In this document: one piece after another, positions 28,623-38,177 of the stretch
Layout: every line of letters begins with the position of its first letter
How positions within the stretch are numbered: position 1 is the first letter of the stretch
From: Deltaproteobacteria bacterium TL4
GTDB taxonomy: Bacteria > SAR324 > NAC60-12
DNA: 39,526 nt
Direction: 5' to 3'
Assembly (NCBI GenBank): GCA_051382335.1
Contig: JBBCAX010000248.1
Span: forward strand, 1-39,526
Made by a program: the position numbers and the translations under genes
Notes under the pieces: model-generated
Seen by the model: the letters and a program-made list of their open reading frames with translations, nothing else
The model's database searches: none
Told to the model about the DNA's origin: nothing

Positions 28623-28733
28623 CTCCAACGCTCGGCTCACCTGCTCCCAAATCGGAGCGGTTTTTGTGGTAGAGTGTAGCGCAGCGAAACTCACAAAAAC
28701 AGCGTAGGATTGGGCGTCTGCGTGGAGCCGCTT
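28623..28733 (-). other. Integron attC site, interrupted at its R'' end by a group II intron
   Basis: Minus strand reads AAGCGGCTCCACGCAGAC...GCAGGTGAGCCGAGC-GTTGGAG, with inner arms GTTTTTGTG/CACAAAAAC. The R'' AAC core is absent where intron sequence begins. Confidence 0.8.
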
Positions 28734-29025
28734 ATGCCCATGGGCGTGATCTGAGGGGGTGAAAGTCCCCGGAAAGCCACTGGCTTTCAATGCTATGGAA
28801 CCGATCATGCAGCACTGGCGGGAAACCAGCCAGCAAACAGCGAACAAACCGTGTTCCTAAGGTAAGGAGTACCATGAACTATTAGCGAAAGGCAAGGGCG
28901 AAATCGCGAGAATCACTCAGCGTCTCATGGGGCAACTCATGAGGTGACTGGACAGAAGTTAGCCGAAGCCATAGGTGCCAAACGCCTGTCGTAATGGGCT
29001 GGACAGGGTGAAGGGCCGAACGTAG
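28734..29025 (+). mobile_element. Truncated class C (IIC-attC type) group II intron 5' fragment with no RT ORF
   Basis: TGCCCATGGGCGTGATCTGAGGGGGTGAAAGTCCCC (5' end/DI), AAGGCAAGGG, a GCAA-looped DII-like hairpin, and CAGAAGTTAGCCGAAGCCATAG...GAAGGGCCGAAC (DIII). It is oriented opposite to the cassettes. Boundaries are approximate. Confidence 0.8.
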
Positions 29026-29605
29026 AAAGAAATAAAAGACTTATGGCAGGGTGGGATCACAAATACCTCAGGACCATATTAGAGGGGATTCACACATACG
29101 ATGGCCCCGACGGTTGATAAGCGTAAAGACAGGCTAAAATGACTCGGGAAGGGGTTCATGGCATCATTACCAATATCCGGACCGCTTGATCAAAATACTG
29201 GAAGCGGAGCAGCGTTAAATCAGGAAACCGGGAACATTAAAAGTATTGGGAACAAGAATAACTCTGGAAATGTCTTTCAGATTCGTGTATACAGGGGGCG
29301 GACGGATTCAAAAGGCACCCTTAATTGTTTAATTCGAACAGCGTATTGAAGAGAATATTATGTCATGGGCTATTGTTTTTAGTGTTTTTGTGTTTAGTTT
29401 TGTTATTTGTCCAGGACTTGTTTTTTCGTATCATTTGAGTCAAAAGAAGCAACTGAAAAAAAAAATAGGCAGGATGGTATGAGACCTACAAACCGACCCT
29501 CAGGACCTATCCAATGGGCCTGTCGAGGGTTTTGACACCAAGACGCTCTTCCTTTCCAGTTACTGTGGTTTTCCTCACATCCTTAGATAAATAGTAGATT
29601 CATTC

Positions 29606-31144
29606 ATGAACGAAAAGAATCGTAACCTCACCATTGTTTTCTTTAAGAAGACGTCGCTATTACTGATTTTCACATTGATGCTGCTGGGTCTGTGCAGCAA
29701 AAGTGGCGTTGCGGCTCCTTCCCGACAACTGGTAGTGGGGATTGAATCCAAACCCCAGACGCTGGATCCTCGCTTTGCGGTAGATGTGGAGGGAATGCGT
29801 ATCACACAACAGTTGATTTATGAAACCCTGGTACAGCAGGATTATCAATTGAAAATAGTTCCGGCTTTAGCGGAACGCTGGGAAATTCCCACACCGACAA
29901 CGTATGTTTTTTACTTGAAGCCTGGCGTTACTTTTCACAATGGCAAACCCCTGACCGCCCAGGATGTCAAAAACAGTTTTGAACAGGTGATGTTAAAAGA
30001 AACGGGTTCTCCTTTTCAGTTCATCCAAGAAAAAATCAAAGGTATCTCTGTCGTCGATGAGCATACGGTTCGCTTTGAACTCCATGCGCCTCAAGCCTCC
30101 TTTTTGCTGGATAGTTTCATTCCTGTTTTTCAGGGACAAGGTCCGGATTTTTCGGGAACAGGTCCCTTTATTTTAAGCGAAAACACCCCTTCCCAGATTG
30201 TTCTCAAGCGCAATCCTCATTACCATGAAGGTGCTCCTTTTTTAGAGGAGGTGGTGTTTAAAGTGATTCAAGATGATACAACCCGTTTTTTAAAAATTCA
30301 AAAAGGGACCTTGGATCTGGTCATCAACGCCGTTCCCTTGATGAAGTTGGAGCAGTTCAAAAAGGGGAAGCTTTCAGAAACCTATCGTGTTGTGGAAGAA
30401 CCCGGCTTGTCTTACCAGTACCTTGGGTTTAATATGGAACACCCCATCTTAAAAAATCAAAAAGTTCGAGAAGCGATCGCGCATGCGATCAATCTACAAG
30501 AACTGATTGTCCATTTCAAAAAAAATCACGCGTCGATCGCGGATAGTTTACTCACCCCTCAGAATGAGTATTATGCCAAAGATCTTCCGGCCTATGACTA
30601 TAATCCACAAAAAGCGGCGGAACTGCTGGAGCAGGCCGGTTATCCTGTTAAAGGAGGAAAGCGTTTTAGTTTGGAATATAAGACCACAACAAAGCAGGAT
30701 GTAATCACTCAAGCTCGGATTATTCAAAATCAACTCCAACAGGTGGGCATCGAAATCAGTATCCGTTCTTTTGAATGGGGTACTTTTTTCGCGGATATTA
30801 AGTCTGGAAATTTTGACTTATTTTCCTTACGCTGGGTTGGCGTTTCAGAACCGGATTTTTACTATGCAGCGTTTCACTCTTCTCAAATCCCCCCTGCTGG
30901 TAGGAATCGGGTTCGTTTTAGTAACACGGAGATAGATCACCTTGTGGAACAAGGAAGCGTGGAAATGAACCTGGAAAAAAGGCAGTCTCTTTATTTCAAG
31001 GTTCAGCATCTTCTCGCAGTGGAACTTCCTTATTTGAGCTTATGGTACAATAACAACATTGCTATTGTCCGAAATGATCTCTCAGGATTTCGCTTGCACC
31101 CGACAGGAGGCTATCATTCGTTTAAATCAGTTCAACGAAAGTAG
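29606..31144 (+). CDS. ABC transporter substrate-binding protein, family 5 (peptide/nickel)
   Basis: Signal peptide, TLDPR, IYETLV...PALAERWE, LKPGVTFHNGKPLTAQDV, GTGPF and VREAIAHAIN. Confidence 0.9.
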   Translation: MNEKNRNLTIVFFKKTSLLLIFTLMLLGLCSKSGVAAPSRQLVVGIESKPQTLDPRFAVDVEGMRITQQLIYETLVQQDYQLKIVPALAERWEIPTPTTYVFYLKPGVTFHNGKPLTAQDVKNSFEQVMLKETGSPFQFIQEKIKGISVVDEHTVRFELHAPQASFLLDSFIPVFQGQGPDFSGTGPFILSENTPSQIVLKRNPHYHEGAPFLEEVVFKVIQDDTTRFLKIQKGTLDLVINAVPLMKLEQFKKGKLSETYRVVEEPGLSYQYLGFNMEHPILKNQKVREAIAHAINLQELIVHFKKNHASIADSLLTPQNEYYAKDLPAYDYNPQKAAELLEQAGYPVKGGKRFSLEYKTTTKQDVITQARIIQNQLQQVGIEISIRSFEWGTFFADIKSGNFDLFSLRWVGVSEPDFYYAAFHSSQIPPAGRNRVRFSNTEIDHLVEQGSVEMNLEKRQSLYFKVQHLLAVELPYLSLWYNNNIAIVRNDLSGFRLHPTGGYHSFKSVQRK

Positions 31145-31185
31145 AAGGCTTTTGTGGATTCACTACTCAAAATATAAAGGAAGTT

Positions 31186-31779
31186 ATGCAAGAAGCACTA
31201 AGCAGAGAGGACGAAGAGTTTTTAGAAAAGATGGATAGCGACATTAGGGATTTTGTTCTTTCAGAGAAGCCACAATTGGAATTGGAACCTATGAACGCTT
31301 ATCGCAGGAGGTTGGTGCATCGGCTGGGAGGTCTGTATCACATAACCAGTCATTCCATGGGCGAGGACGAAGGACGTTATGTTTGCCTGGAAAAAACGCC
31401 AGAGACTGAAATTCCCGAAGAGGACGTCGATTTTTCAGAGGTTGTTGAACTTGATAAAAAGCCTCAACAACCGGATAAACTCCGAGGCACCCGTAATGAC
31501 AAAGGCGGGCGAAATGAGAAGAACGGGAGGAATGACCGGAATGATAAAAATGATCGATCCCGAGGGCGCTCTTCTGAAGGCTTTGTGAGTGCCAATCAAG
31601 TCTACCGGACCATTCCCGGAACCTTGATTATTTTGAGAAATGATGGCAGTTTTGGTATCTTGCGTTCTGACGATCGTCCGAATGATATCGTCGAAAAACG
31701 TGTGGTTGACGATGGCGTTTTTAAAATAATCAGAAATCGTATCATCTGCACCTCAGACAAAGAATGGGCAAAACCATAG
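31186..31779 (+). CDS. R3H-domain nucleic-acid-binding protein
   Basis: LEPMNAYRRRLVHRL...SHSMGEDEGRYV R3H motif and an R/N/D-rich low-complexity linker. Confidence 0.8.
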   Translation: MQEALSREDEEFLEKMDSDIRDFVLSEKPQLELEPMNAYRRRLVHRLGGLYHITSHSMGEDEGRYVCLEKTPETEIPEEDVDFSEVVELDKKPQQPDKLRGTRNDKGGRNEKNGRNDRNDKNDRSRGRSSEGFVSANQVYRTIPGTLIILRNDGSFGILRSDDRPNDIVEKRVVDDGVFKIIRNRIICTSDKEWAKP

Positions 31780-31786
31780 GCACGCA

Positions 31787-32206
31787 TTGAGTGAACTTCT
31801 TTTCAATACTTCAACGTTTGCACTCGCTTATTTGGGGGATGCGTGGTACGAACTATGGTGCCGGAATTATGTTTTATCGGTCATTCAGAAACCGTCGAAA
31901 GTTCACAAATGTGTTGTTGGACTGGTGCGGTGTCAAACTCAATCGAAGTTGATGAGAGAGATACTGCCTTTTTTGAATGATGAAGAGCGGCTGATTTATC
32001 GTAGGGGGAAAAATCTCAAACCCTTGGGTTGTCCCAAACACGCTACGGTTGAAGACTACCGTATCGCGACGGGATTTGAATGTTTGATTGGGGCATGGTA
32101 CCTTCAAGAAAATACACAGCGTTTTGAAAAACTGCTGGAGCAGGAATCCATACGCCATTGGTTCGCGGAAAAACTACTGACAACAACTGATAAGGAGAGG
32201 AATTGA
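31787..32206 (+). CDS. mrnC: Mini-ribonuclease III
   Basis: LAYLGDAWYEL, YRRGKN and DYRIATGFECLIGAWYL motifs; 139 aa with no dsRBD. Confidence 0.82.
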   Translation: MSELLFNTSTFALAYLGDAWYELWCRNYVLSVIQKPSKVHKCVVGLVRCQTQSKLMREILPFLNDEERLIYRRGKNLKPLGCPKHATVEDYRIATGFECLIGAWYLQENTQRFEKLLEQESIRHWFAEKLLTTTDKERN

Positions 32207-32271
32207 TGACGGTGCTGTTGATTGAGGCCGCGTTTATTGATTTCCTTCCCTCGTAATTCGCAAAGGATCCG

Positions 32272-32544
32272 ATGATAGTCATTGTAGGCGTGATTTTGAG
32301 TATAGTCACCGTTGTTATTGTAATCTACCCTCTATTTTTTCAAAAAATTTATCAATATGAGTTAGCGGAGAGACCTTCTTTAGACTTTAATGAGGTGGAC
32401 TCTTTGTTATTAGCGTTGCAGGACTTGGATAGTGATTTTGAATTGGGCAGCATCTCTCAATCGGATTATGAGCGATTAAAACTCTATTTTCAAAGACAGT
32501 ATTTAAGCTTAAAACGTAAGTCCAAGTCTCAGAACGCCTCATGA
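32272..32544 (+). CDS. Small membrane protein (CcmI-N-terminus-like)
   Basis: N-terminal TM helix followed by LQDLDSDFELGSISQSDYERLK. Confidence 0.6.
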   Translation: MIVIVGVILSIVTVVIVIYPLFFQKIYQYELAERPSLDFNEVDSLLLALQDLDSDFELGSISQSDYERLKLYFQRQYLSLKRKSKSQNAS

Positions 32545-33404
32545 CACTTTTAGCTCCCATCATGCAAAAAACACCTTTAACCCAAGATTCTCACGAACGT
32601 CTTTCCGCAGAAGGCCTTTTGGTGTACCCTGTTCTTTCCAGACGATCGGAGGGCATCTCTATCGGTATCAATCTGAACCCTGATAAAGTTTGTAACTTTG
32701 ATTGTGTGTATTGCCAGGTTGACCGGAGGTCTCCGTTTCAAGTTCCTGAGATAAACCTCCCGAAAATTATTTCACATTTGGAATGGTATTTGGATAAGAT
32801 TCAGAAACAAGGTGGCCATTGGGAGGGAATCCCTGTGAAGGATATCGCCTTTTCTGGAGACGGGGAGCCCACAACCTCTCCTTATTTCCCTCAAGTGGTT
32901 CCAGAGGTCATTCAGTTGCGGGACCGTTATCACTTGGAGCACTTGAAATTGGTTCTGATCAGCAATGCCACGTGTTTTCATCTTCCACGGGTTTGGGAGG
33001 TTCTCCCCGCTTTTTTTCAAGGCGGCGGGGTGATCTGGGCCAAGTTGGATGCGGGAGATGAAGCTTCGTTTTCTGAAACGCTGAGAACCCAGGTTCCTTT
33101 TCATCGGATTTTGAGCAATATCAAGCGAGTCGGTCAAAAATATCCTATCACGATCCAGTCTTGTTTCATGCAAAGAGGAGAGTCCTCTTTTCAAGAGGAC
33201 TCCCTGAAACCCTATATAGAAACCATTCAGGAACTGGTGAAGGCAGGAACGCAAATTCAAAGAATACAGGCGTATACCATTGCTCGTGTGCCCGCAGAAT
33301 CTTTTGTCTCGGCATGGAGTAATGCGGTTATGGATAAAATTGGGGAAATTTTAAACTTCCATTTGCGTTTCCCTGTTAAAGTTTATTATGGTACAAAGTA
33401 TTAA
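32541..33404 (+). CDS. Radical SAM protein (COG0731 / TYW1-like), function unknown
   Basis: CNFDCVYC cluster motif, VYPVLSRRS, FSGDGEPT and WAKLDAG. Confidence 0.85.
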   Translation: MTLLAPIMQKTPLTQDSHERLSAEGLLVYPVLSRRSEGISIGINLNPDKVCNFDCVYCQVDRRSPFQVPEINLPKIISHLEWYLDKIQKQGGHWEGIPVKDIAFSGDGEPTTSPYFPQVVPEVIQLRDRYHLEHLKLVLISNATCFHLPRVWEVLPAFFQGGGVIWAKLDAGDEASFSETLRTQVPFHRILSNIKRVGQKYPITIQSCFMQRGESSFQEDSLKPYIETIQELVKAGTQIQRIQAYTIARVPAESFVSAWSNAVMDKIGEILNFHLRFPVKVYYGTKY

Positions 33405-33410
33405 TTCATT

Positions 33411-34229
33411 TTGTTTTACTCACAATCCAGTTTGATTAGCATGTCTGCATTAGTATTAGGGAACGGTAATTCTGACTCCCCGACAACGGTTCAATCGTTA
33501 GCATGGATTTGTAGTGCTATTTCCAGTCAAGGCGTGGGGTATAAAGACATCAATGAAGATCGTATTGTCATTTCTCCTGAGCACAATGTGCTGTGTGTCA
33601 TTGACGGCATGGGGGGGCCTGGGGAAGGGGACAAAGTGTCACAATTTCTGGCAGAAGCACTGGTGAAACTCACGGTATTCAATACCGACTCAATGGATCG
33701 TATCTTTCAACAAGTTTCCAAGCGTATAAAAACGGAATGTCAGCATCAGGGAGCCGGTGCGTGTTTTCTGATCGCAAAACTGGTCAAACCTCGGTTGGAG
33801 ATTTGGTATGCGGGCGATGTTAAACTCCTTTTGGTTAACAAAAGCGGTAAAGTTGATTATGAAACTCATGATCATTCCTTGCTCAATGAGTGGGTTGCTT
33901 TAGGGAAGATCAGTCCCGAAGGCATCATCAATCACCCGCTGAGAAATGTCGTCACCAAAGCCTTGTCAGGAGAGGTGATTGATGTAGAGTATTGTGAAAC
34001 CAAAGTGTTATCGGATCACCAAATTGTGATTGCCTCCGATGGCTTATGGGATAATTATACCGCTGGGGAATGTGGAAAGTTGATTCAGGGACAAACCCAT
34101 ATTGAAGCGGTCCACACGCTTTATAAAAAAACACTGGAAAAAATGAAACAGCTTCCTTCTGAGAACTGGGAGGGGTTGCTTTTTCCGAAACCAGATAACC
34201 TCAGTATTTTGGTTGCCGATGTTTTATAG
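33411..34229 (+). CDS. PP2C-family Ser/Thr protein phosphatase (start may be ATG 33441)
   Basis: INEDR, IDGMGG, AGD, THDHS, RNVVTKAL, ASDGLWD and DNLSI motifs. Confidence 0.85.
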   Translation: MFYSQSSLISMSALVLGNGNSDSPTTVQSLAWICSAISSQGVGYKDINEDRIVISPEHNVLCVIDGMGGPGEGDKVSQFLAEALVKLTVFNTDSMDRIFQQVSKRIKTECQHQGAGACFLIAKLVKPRLEIWYAGDVKLLLVNKSGKVDYETHDHSLLNEWVALGKISPEGIINHPLRNVVTKALSGEVIDVEYCETKVLSDHQIVIASDGLWDNYTAGECGKLIQGQTHIEAVHTLYKKTLEKMKQLPSENWEGLLFPKPDNLSILVADVL

Positions 34230-34563
34230 TGACCCTACCCGCCGATCTTTTTTTACCACCCCCATTCCCGCTGATACTCCGGTACCCCTGCTTTATAGAA
34301 AACACAGTTTAATCATCCGGTATTCCCTTTTTTTTGTAGCCTTGCTCTGGGTGGGGGTTCTGCTGTTGATTTATGGGGGGTTACGCCTTTTAGGGTACTT
34401 GCCTCTATTGACTAAGAAAAATTTTGTTGTTATTAAGAAGAACATTCCCTTTCAAAAAATAGAGTCATTACTTTCTCAGTTTCACCTCAAACGTTTCTTA
34501 ACAGGTGCCCCAAATGAAACCACACTATCAGAGCGTCAAGAATCAGATAACCCATTTTTTTAA
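34219..34563 (+). CDS. Hypothetical membrane protein
   Basis: ORF with a hydrophobic segment that fills the gap between PP2C and the acyltransferase; no recognisable family. Confidence 0.35.
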   Translation: MFYSDPTRRSFFTTPIPADTPVPLLYRKHSLIIRYSLFFVALLWVGVLLLIYGGLRLLGYLPLLTKKNFVVIKKNIPFQKIESLLSQFHLKRFLTGAPNETTLSERQESDNPFF

Positions 34564-36349
34564 AAGCGCGCAAGGGGAAAATTATCCTACTTTTGGAGAA
34601 TTTCGCTATTCGCATCGAGCTGTTGTTCGTGAGCTTGAACGAGCACCTGAAATTATAAAAAGGCAGGAACAATTTCCTGTTGAGCGAAAATGGTATTCCT
34701 GGCATCGAAATCCTGCCCGAAGTCAGTTGAAAGAAATTGTCGCCAATCCCTCTCCTGGAACCGCGTATCTCCTGTTGTTTGTCCTGAAGTTTATCTGGAA
34801 CCGAATCTTTAGTGGTGTGGAAGTTCGCGGGTTGGAAGAAAACCGACAGGAATACCAAGGAAAGACCTTAATCTACATGCCTTGTCATCGAAGCCACTTG
34901 GACTCCGGCTTGCTCTCGTATATTGTGCATCAACACAACTTTCCGCTCCCTCACGCTATTGCCGGAGATAACTTAAATATTCCTATCGTTGGTAATATTT
35001 TAAAACGCTGTGGTGCTGTTTTTATCCGAAGAGTGTTTAAAGGCGAAAAACTTTATTCAACGGTGTTCCTGGCTTACTTGTACTATCTGTTGGATCATCA
35101 GTTTTCTTTAGAGTTTTTTATTGAAGGCGGACGTGCCCGTACAGGAAAAAACCTGCCTCCCAAAACAGGTTTTCTTTCGATGCTGGTACAATATCTGGAG
35201 GAACATCCTGAGGCGGATCTGCATCTGGTGCCGGTTTCCAATGTTTATGACCGTATTATGGAAGAGGCTTCCTATGTTAAAGAATTGGGGGGGTTACCCA
35301 AGCGTAAAGAAAATTTGGGGGATTTTCTGAGAGCACACAAATTATTAAGTATCAATTATGGAAAAGTCTATGTTTCCTTTGCGCCTCCCGTTTCCTTGAG
35401 AGGTATGGTCAACGCGTATCAAAGCCAAGGCGTTGAACGGGCAGACATGCTGTATGCTATTGGAACAGACGTGATGGATGCCATCAATCAATATTGTGTG
35501 ACCTCCGCAACGCCTTTGATTTCTACCGCCTTACTCTCAGAAAAAAAACAGGGATTTCGTAAACATGAATTGCTGGCGAAAGTGGGCTTACTGATAGACC
35601 TTTATCATCATATGCACCCCCGATCTCGGGAAACCTTGGTGGATAACAAGCAAAATCTGGATAAGCGCATTGATTTCATGCTGGATAGAGGCTCAGTGGG
35701 CTGTTTGCCAGACGTCAAAGGGGATGTCTATTTCTTCCGGTATCAGAACAAAATTCTTTTGAATATTTATAAAAACATTACAGTCCATCATTTTGTGATT
35801 CCTTCGGTTTTAGCCTGGCATCTGCAAAAATCGCCTCAGACCATGGAATCTTCCCTGGAAAATATCTCCAGGTTTGAACACCTTTTCCGCTATGAATTTA
35901 TGTTTCCTGTTTCTTTCGACTTTAAGCAAGCAACGGCAGAAGCCATCACGTTTTTTTTGGCGACAAAGTTGATTCAAAAAAACAACGAGGTCTTTCAGCC
36001 CTCACCCGACCATGCTGCCGGCTTGAGCCGACTTTCCAGAATTCTGCTGCCCTTTCGGGAAAGCTTTCAAGTTGTTGTTTACGCTCTGAAACAAGCGGGT
36101 TTTCTTGCCACAAGCTCTTCGGATCTTGTAAAAGAATGTCAACAAACCTTTCTAAAACTCTATTTTCTTGGCTATATTGAATCCGCGGAGGCCAACCTTA
36201 CGGTAACGTATCAAAATATTATAAGATTTTTGACCGAAGAAGAATATCTCTCTATTGCGCCTGATCACTCAGGTCAAAAACTCCTCATCCAAGGAAAAAA
36301 TTTCACCAAACTTTCGGAACTTGTGGAACAGGATCAGGAAGGGGAGTGA
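34505..36349 (+). CDS. plsB: Glycerol-3-phosphate acyltransferase PlsB-like (start may be ATG 34514)
   Basis: PCHRSHLD (HxxxxD), AGDNLN, GAVFIRR, FFIEGGRARTG and YVKELGG motifs. Confidence 0.82.
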   Translation: MPQMKPHYQSVKNQITHFFKSAQGENYPTFGEFRYSHRAVVRELERAPEIIKRQEQFPVERKWYSWHRNPARSQLKEIVANPSPGTAYLLLFVLKFIWNRIFSGVEVRGLEENRQEYQGKTLIYMPCHRSHLDSGLLSYIVHQHNFPLPHAIAGDNLNIPIVGNILKRCGAVFIRRVFKGEKLYSTVFLAYLYYLLDHQFSLEFFIEGGRARTGKNLPPKTGFLSMLVQYLEEHPEADLHLVPVSNVYDRIMEEASYVKELGGLPKRKENLGDFLRAHKLLSINYGKVYVSFAPPVSLRGMVNAYQSQGVERADMLYAIGTDVMDAINQYCVTSATPLISTALLSEKKQGFRKHELLAKVGLLIDLYHHMHPRSRETLVDNKQNLDKRIDFMLDRGSVGCLPDVKGDVYFFRYQNKILLNIYKNITVHHFVIPSVLAWHLQKSPQTMESSLENISRFEHLFRYEFMFPVSFDFKQATAEAITFFLATKLIQKNNEVFQPSPDHAAGLSRLSRILLPFRESFQVVVYALKQAGFLATSSSDLVKECQQTFLKLYFLGYIESAEANLTVTYQNIIRFLTEEEYLSIAPDHSGQKLLIQGKNFTKLSELVEQDQEGE

Positions 36350-37229
36350 GACAGCGTTTCCTGGGACGGAACAACCATAACTGGACCAAAAATGAATTTA
36401 TTGTGAACTAAGGTTTCGTGCTTGGAGCTTGAGGCGAAGGGGACGCGACTTTTTCTGCAGTGAGGAACCGATGTCTGGAAAAGTCCATCCTTGAAGGACT
36501 TGGTTAGAAAATGCTAAAGCAACTATTTTATCGGCCATCCTTACGGTGCCAATTTTTTAATAACAACTATTGAAGCTGTGGCTTTATATTCGTTCAAAAT
36601 CTTCTTTGATCTTTCGCACAGAAACTCCACACTATGCGACACAGAATCCTCTGGTGAGAATTTAGTACCTGGTCCATTTTTTGTTGAACGAGTCAACACC
36701 ATCCAATCTTTATTCACTACGTTGTCCATCACACCTACATCATTGCGGATTACCCAAAATCGCCGCACAGGAACCTCCGGGTAGGTCTCATCCTGAACGA
36801 GTGTAAACGATCTTAAAAACCTTTCCTCTCACTGCAATAAGATAGGAGAGACTAAGCAGTACAGAGCGAGCAGTAAATCCACTTGGAAAATCATTCGGTT
36901 GATTCGGTGCTTCACCTTTTTAGTCCTCTCCCCTATCTAATCATTGTAAAACCAAGCGGACTATAACAGAACCAGATTTGGATTTATATTCGTGCTTATA
37001 CCTAGGTAAATCTACCTAACAAGGTCTTTTATCTGCCCAGAATCTTATCAAGGCTTCCGTCCTGCTTCTCATTCTCATTGATCTGTAGCGCATGGAGGAA
37101 GGATTCGCAATAAAAATTCATTCAGTCAGTTATTATAAAAAATAGGATACGTTGCACACTTCCTGCAGGGCTATTGCTATAGGAAAAGGGTAGCGAGGAA
37201 AAAGAAACACTTAAAGTCATTGGGTCAAT

Positions 37230-38177
37230 ATGCGACAGAAAAATGAAGCTTCAAAAAAATTCAAAGTTCTGCTGCTTACCGCAGTCTTGGTGCTGGGCAC
37301 TGTTTCAGGTTATAAAGTCAAAGATAAACTGGTTGAAAATGGCTGTGAACTCCTGGGCGAAAATGTGATCCCCTTGGATGTGCAGCAAGCCGATCCTGAG
37401 ACACTGAGATTTTTAGCAGTGGGGGATACAGGTGTTGGGGATGAAAACCAAAAAAAAGTAGCCAAAGGGATGGACAAAGTATGCACGGCTCAGGGGTGTG
37501 ATTTTGTGTTACTCCTTGGCGATAACTTTTATGAAAAAGGTGTTAAATCCATCCAGGACCCTCAATTTCAAACCGCTTTCGAACAAATCTACGAACCCAT
37601 AAAAAAACCATTTTTTGCAGTCTTAGGAAATCATGATGTGAACGGTAACGCCTTATCACAAGTGATTTACAGTATGAAAAGTCCTATGTGGAGAATGCCT
37701 AATTATGAGTATCAATTTGAGATGGGTTCTGCCCGATTTTTTGCGCTCAACACAAACTGTCACGTCAGTACGCTGGAAAGACTGAGACAGCGTTTGATTC
37801 CGGGAGAAAAGCCCTGGACTTTTGTTTTTGGACATCACACTGTGTTTTCCAGCGGCAAGCATGGAGACTCCGATATAGGTTACCGTCTCTTTTGGAAACA
37901 CTTTTTGCAGAAAAATGTTGATTTCTATATCTCTGGACATGATCACTATCTTGGCCATTTGGCACGAGCTGGCGAAGGGACGCAATATATAGTGAGTGGC
38001 GCAGGAGCGAAACAATACGGCTCGGCAGAAGAAAAAAAGGAAAAGACCGCATCGGGTGTTGAGAGTAAGTTTGTCTATAACGCGAATGGCTTTGTGGGCT
38101 TTCAAGTCACTTCACAAAAAGTAACGGTTCAATATTATGATGTCGATGGAAATCAACTCTACGAATTCTCCAAGTAA
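37230..38177 (+). CDS. Exported metallophosphoesterase (purple acid phosphatase/TRAP-like)
   Basis: GDTG, GDNFY, GNHD, GHH and GHDH metal-binding motifs; N-terminal hydrophobic anchor. Confidence 0.88.
   Translation: MRQKNEASKKFKVLLLTAVLVLGTVSGYKVKDKLVENGCELLGENVIPLDVQQADPETLRFLAVGDTGVGDENQKKVAKGMDKVCTAQGCDFVLLLGDNFYEKGVKSIQDPQFQTAFEQIYEPIKKPFFAVLGNHDVNGNALSQVIYSMKSPMWRMPNYEYQFEMGSARFFALNTNCHVSTLERLRQRLIPGEKPWTFVFGHHTVFSSGKHGDSDIGYRLFWKHFLQKNVDFYISGHDHYLGHLARAGEGTQYIVSGAGAKQYGSAEEKKEKTASGVESKFVYNANGFVGFQVTSQKVTVQYYDVDGNQLYEFSK

Noticed and set aside
28468..29349. ORFs 28468-28707, 28593-28847 and 29158-29349
   Set aside because: The first two overlap the palindrome, attC and intron RNA. The third shows no RT, maturase or integrase motifs.
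34213..34563. Frameshifted N-terminus of plsB
   Set aside because: There is no recognisable PlsB N-terminal similarity, and the downstream ORF holds all acyltransferase motifs. It cannot be supported without an alignment.
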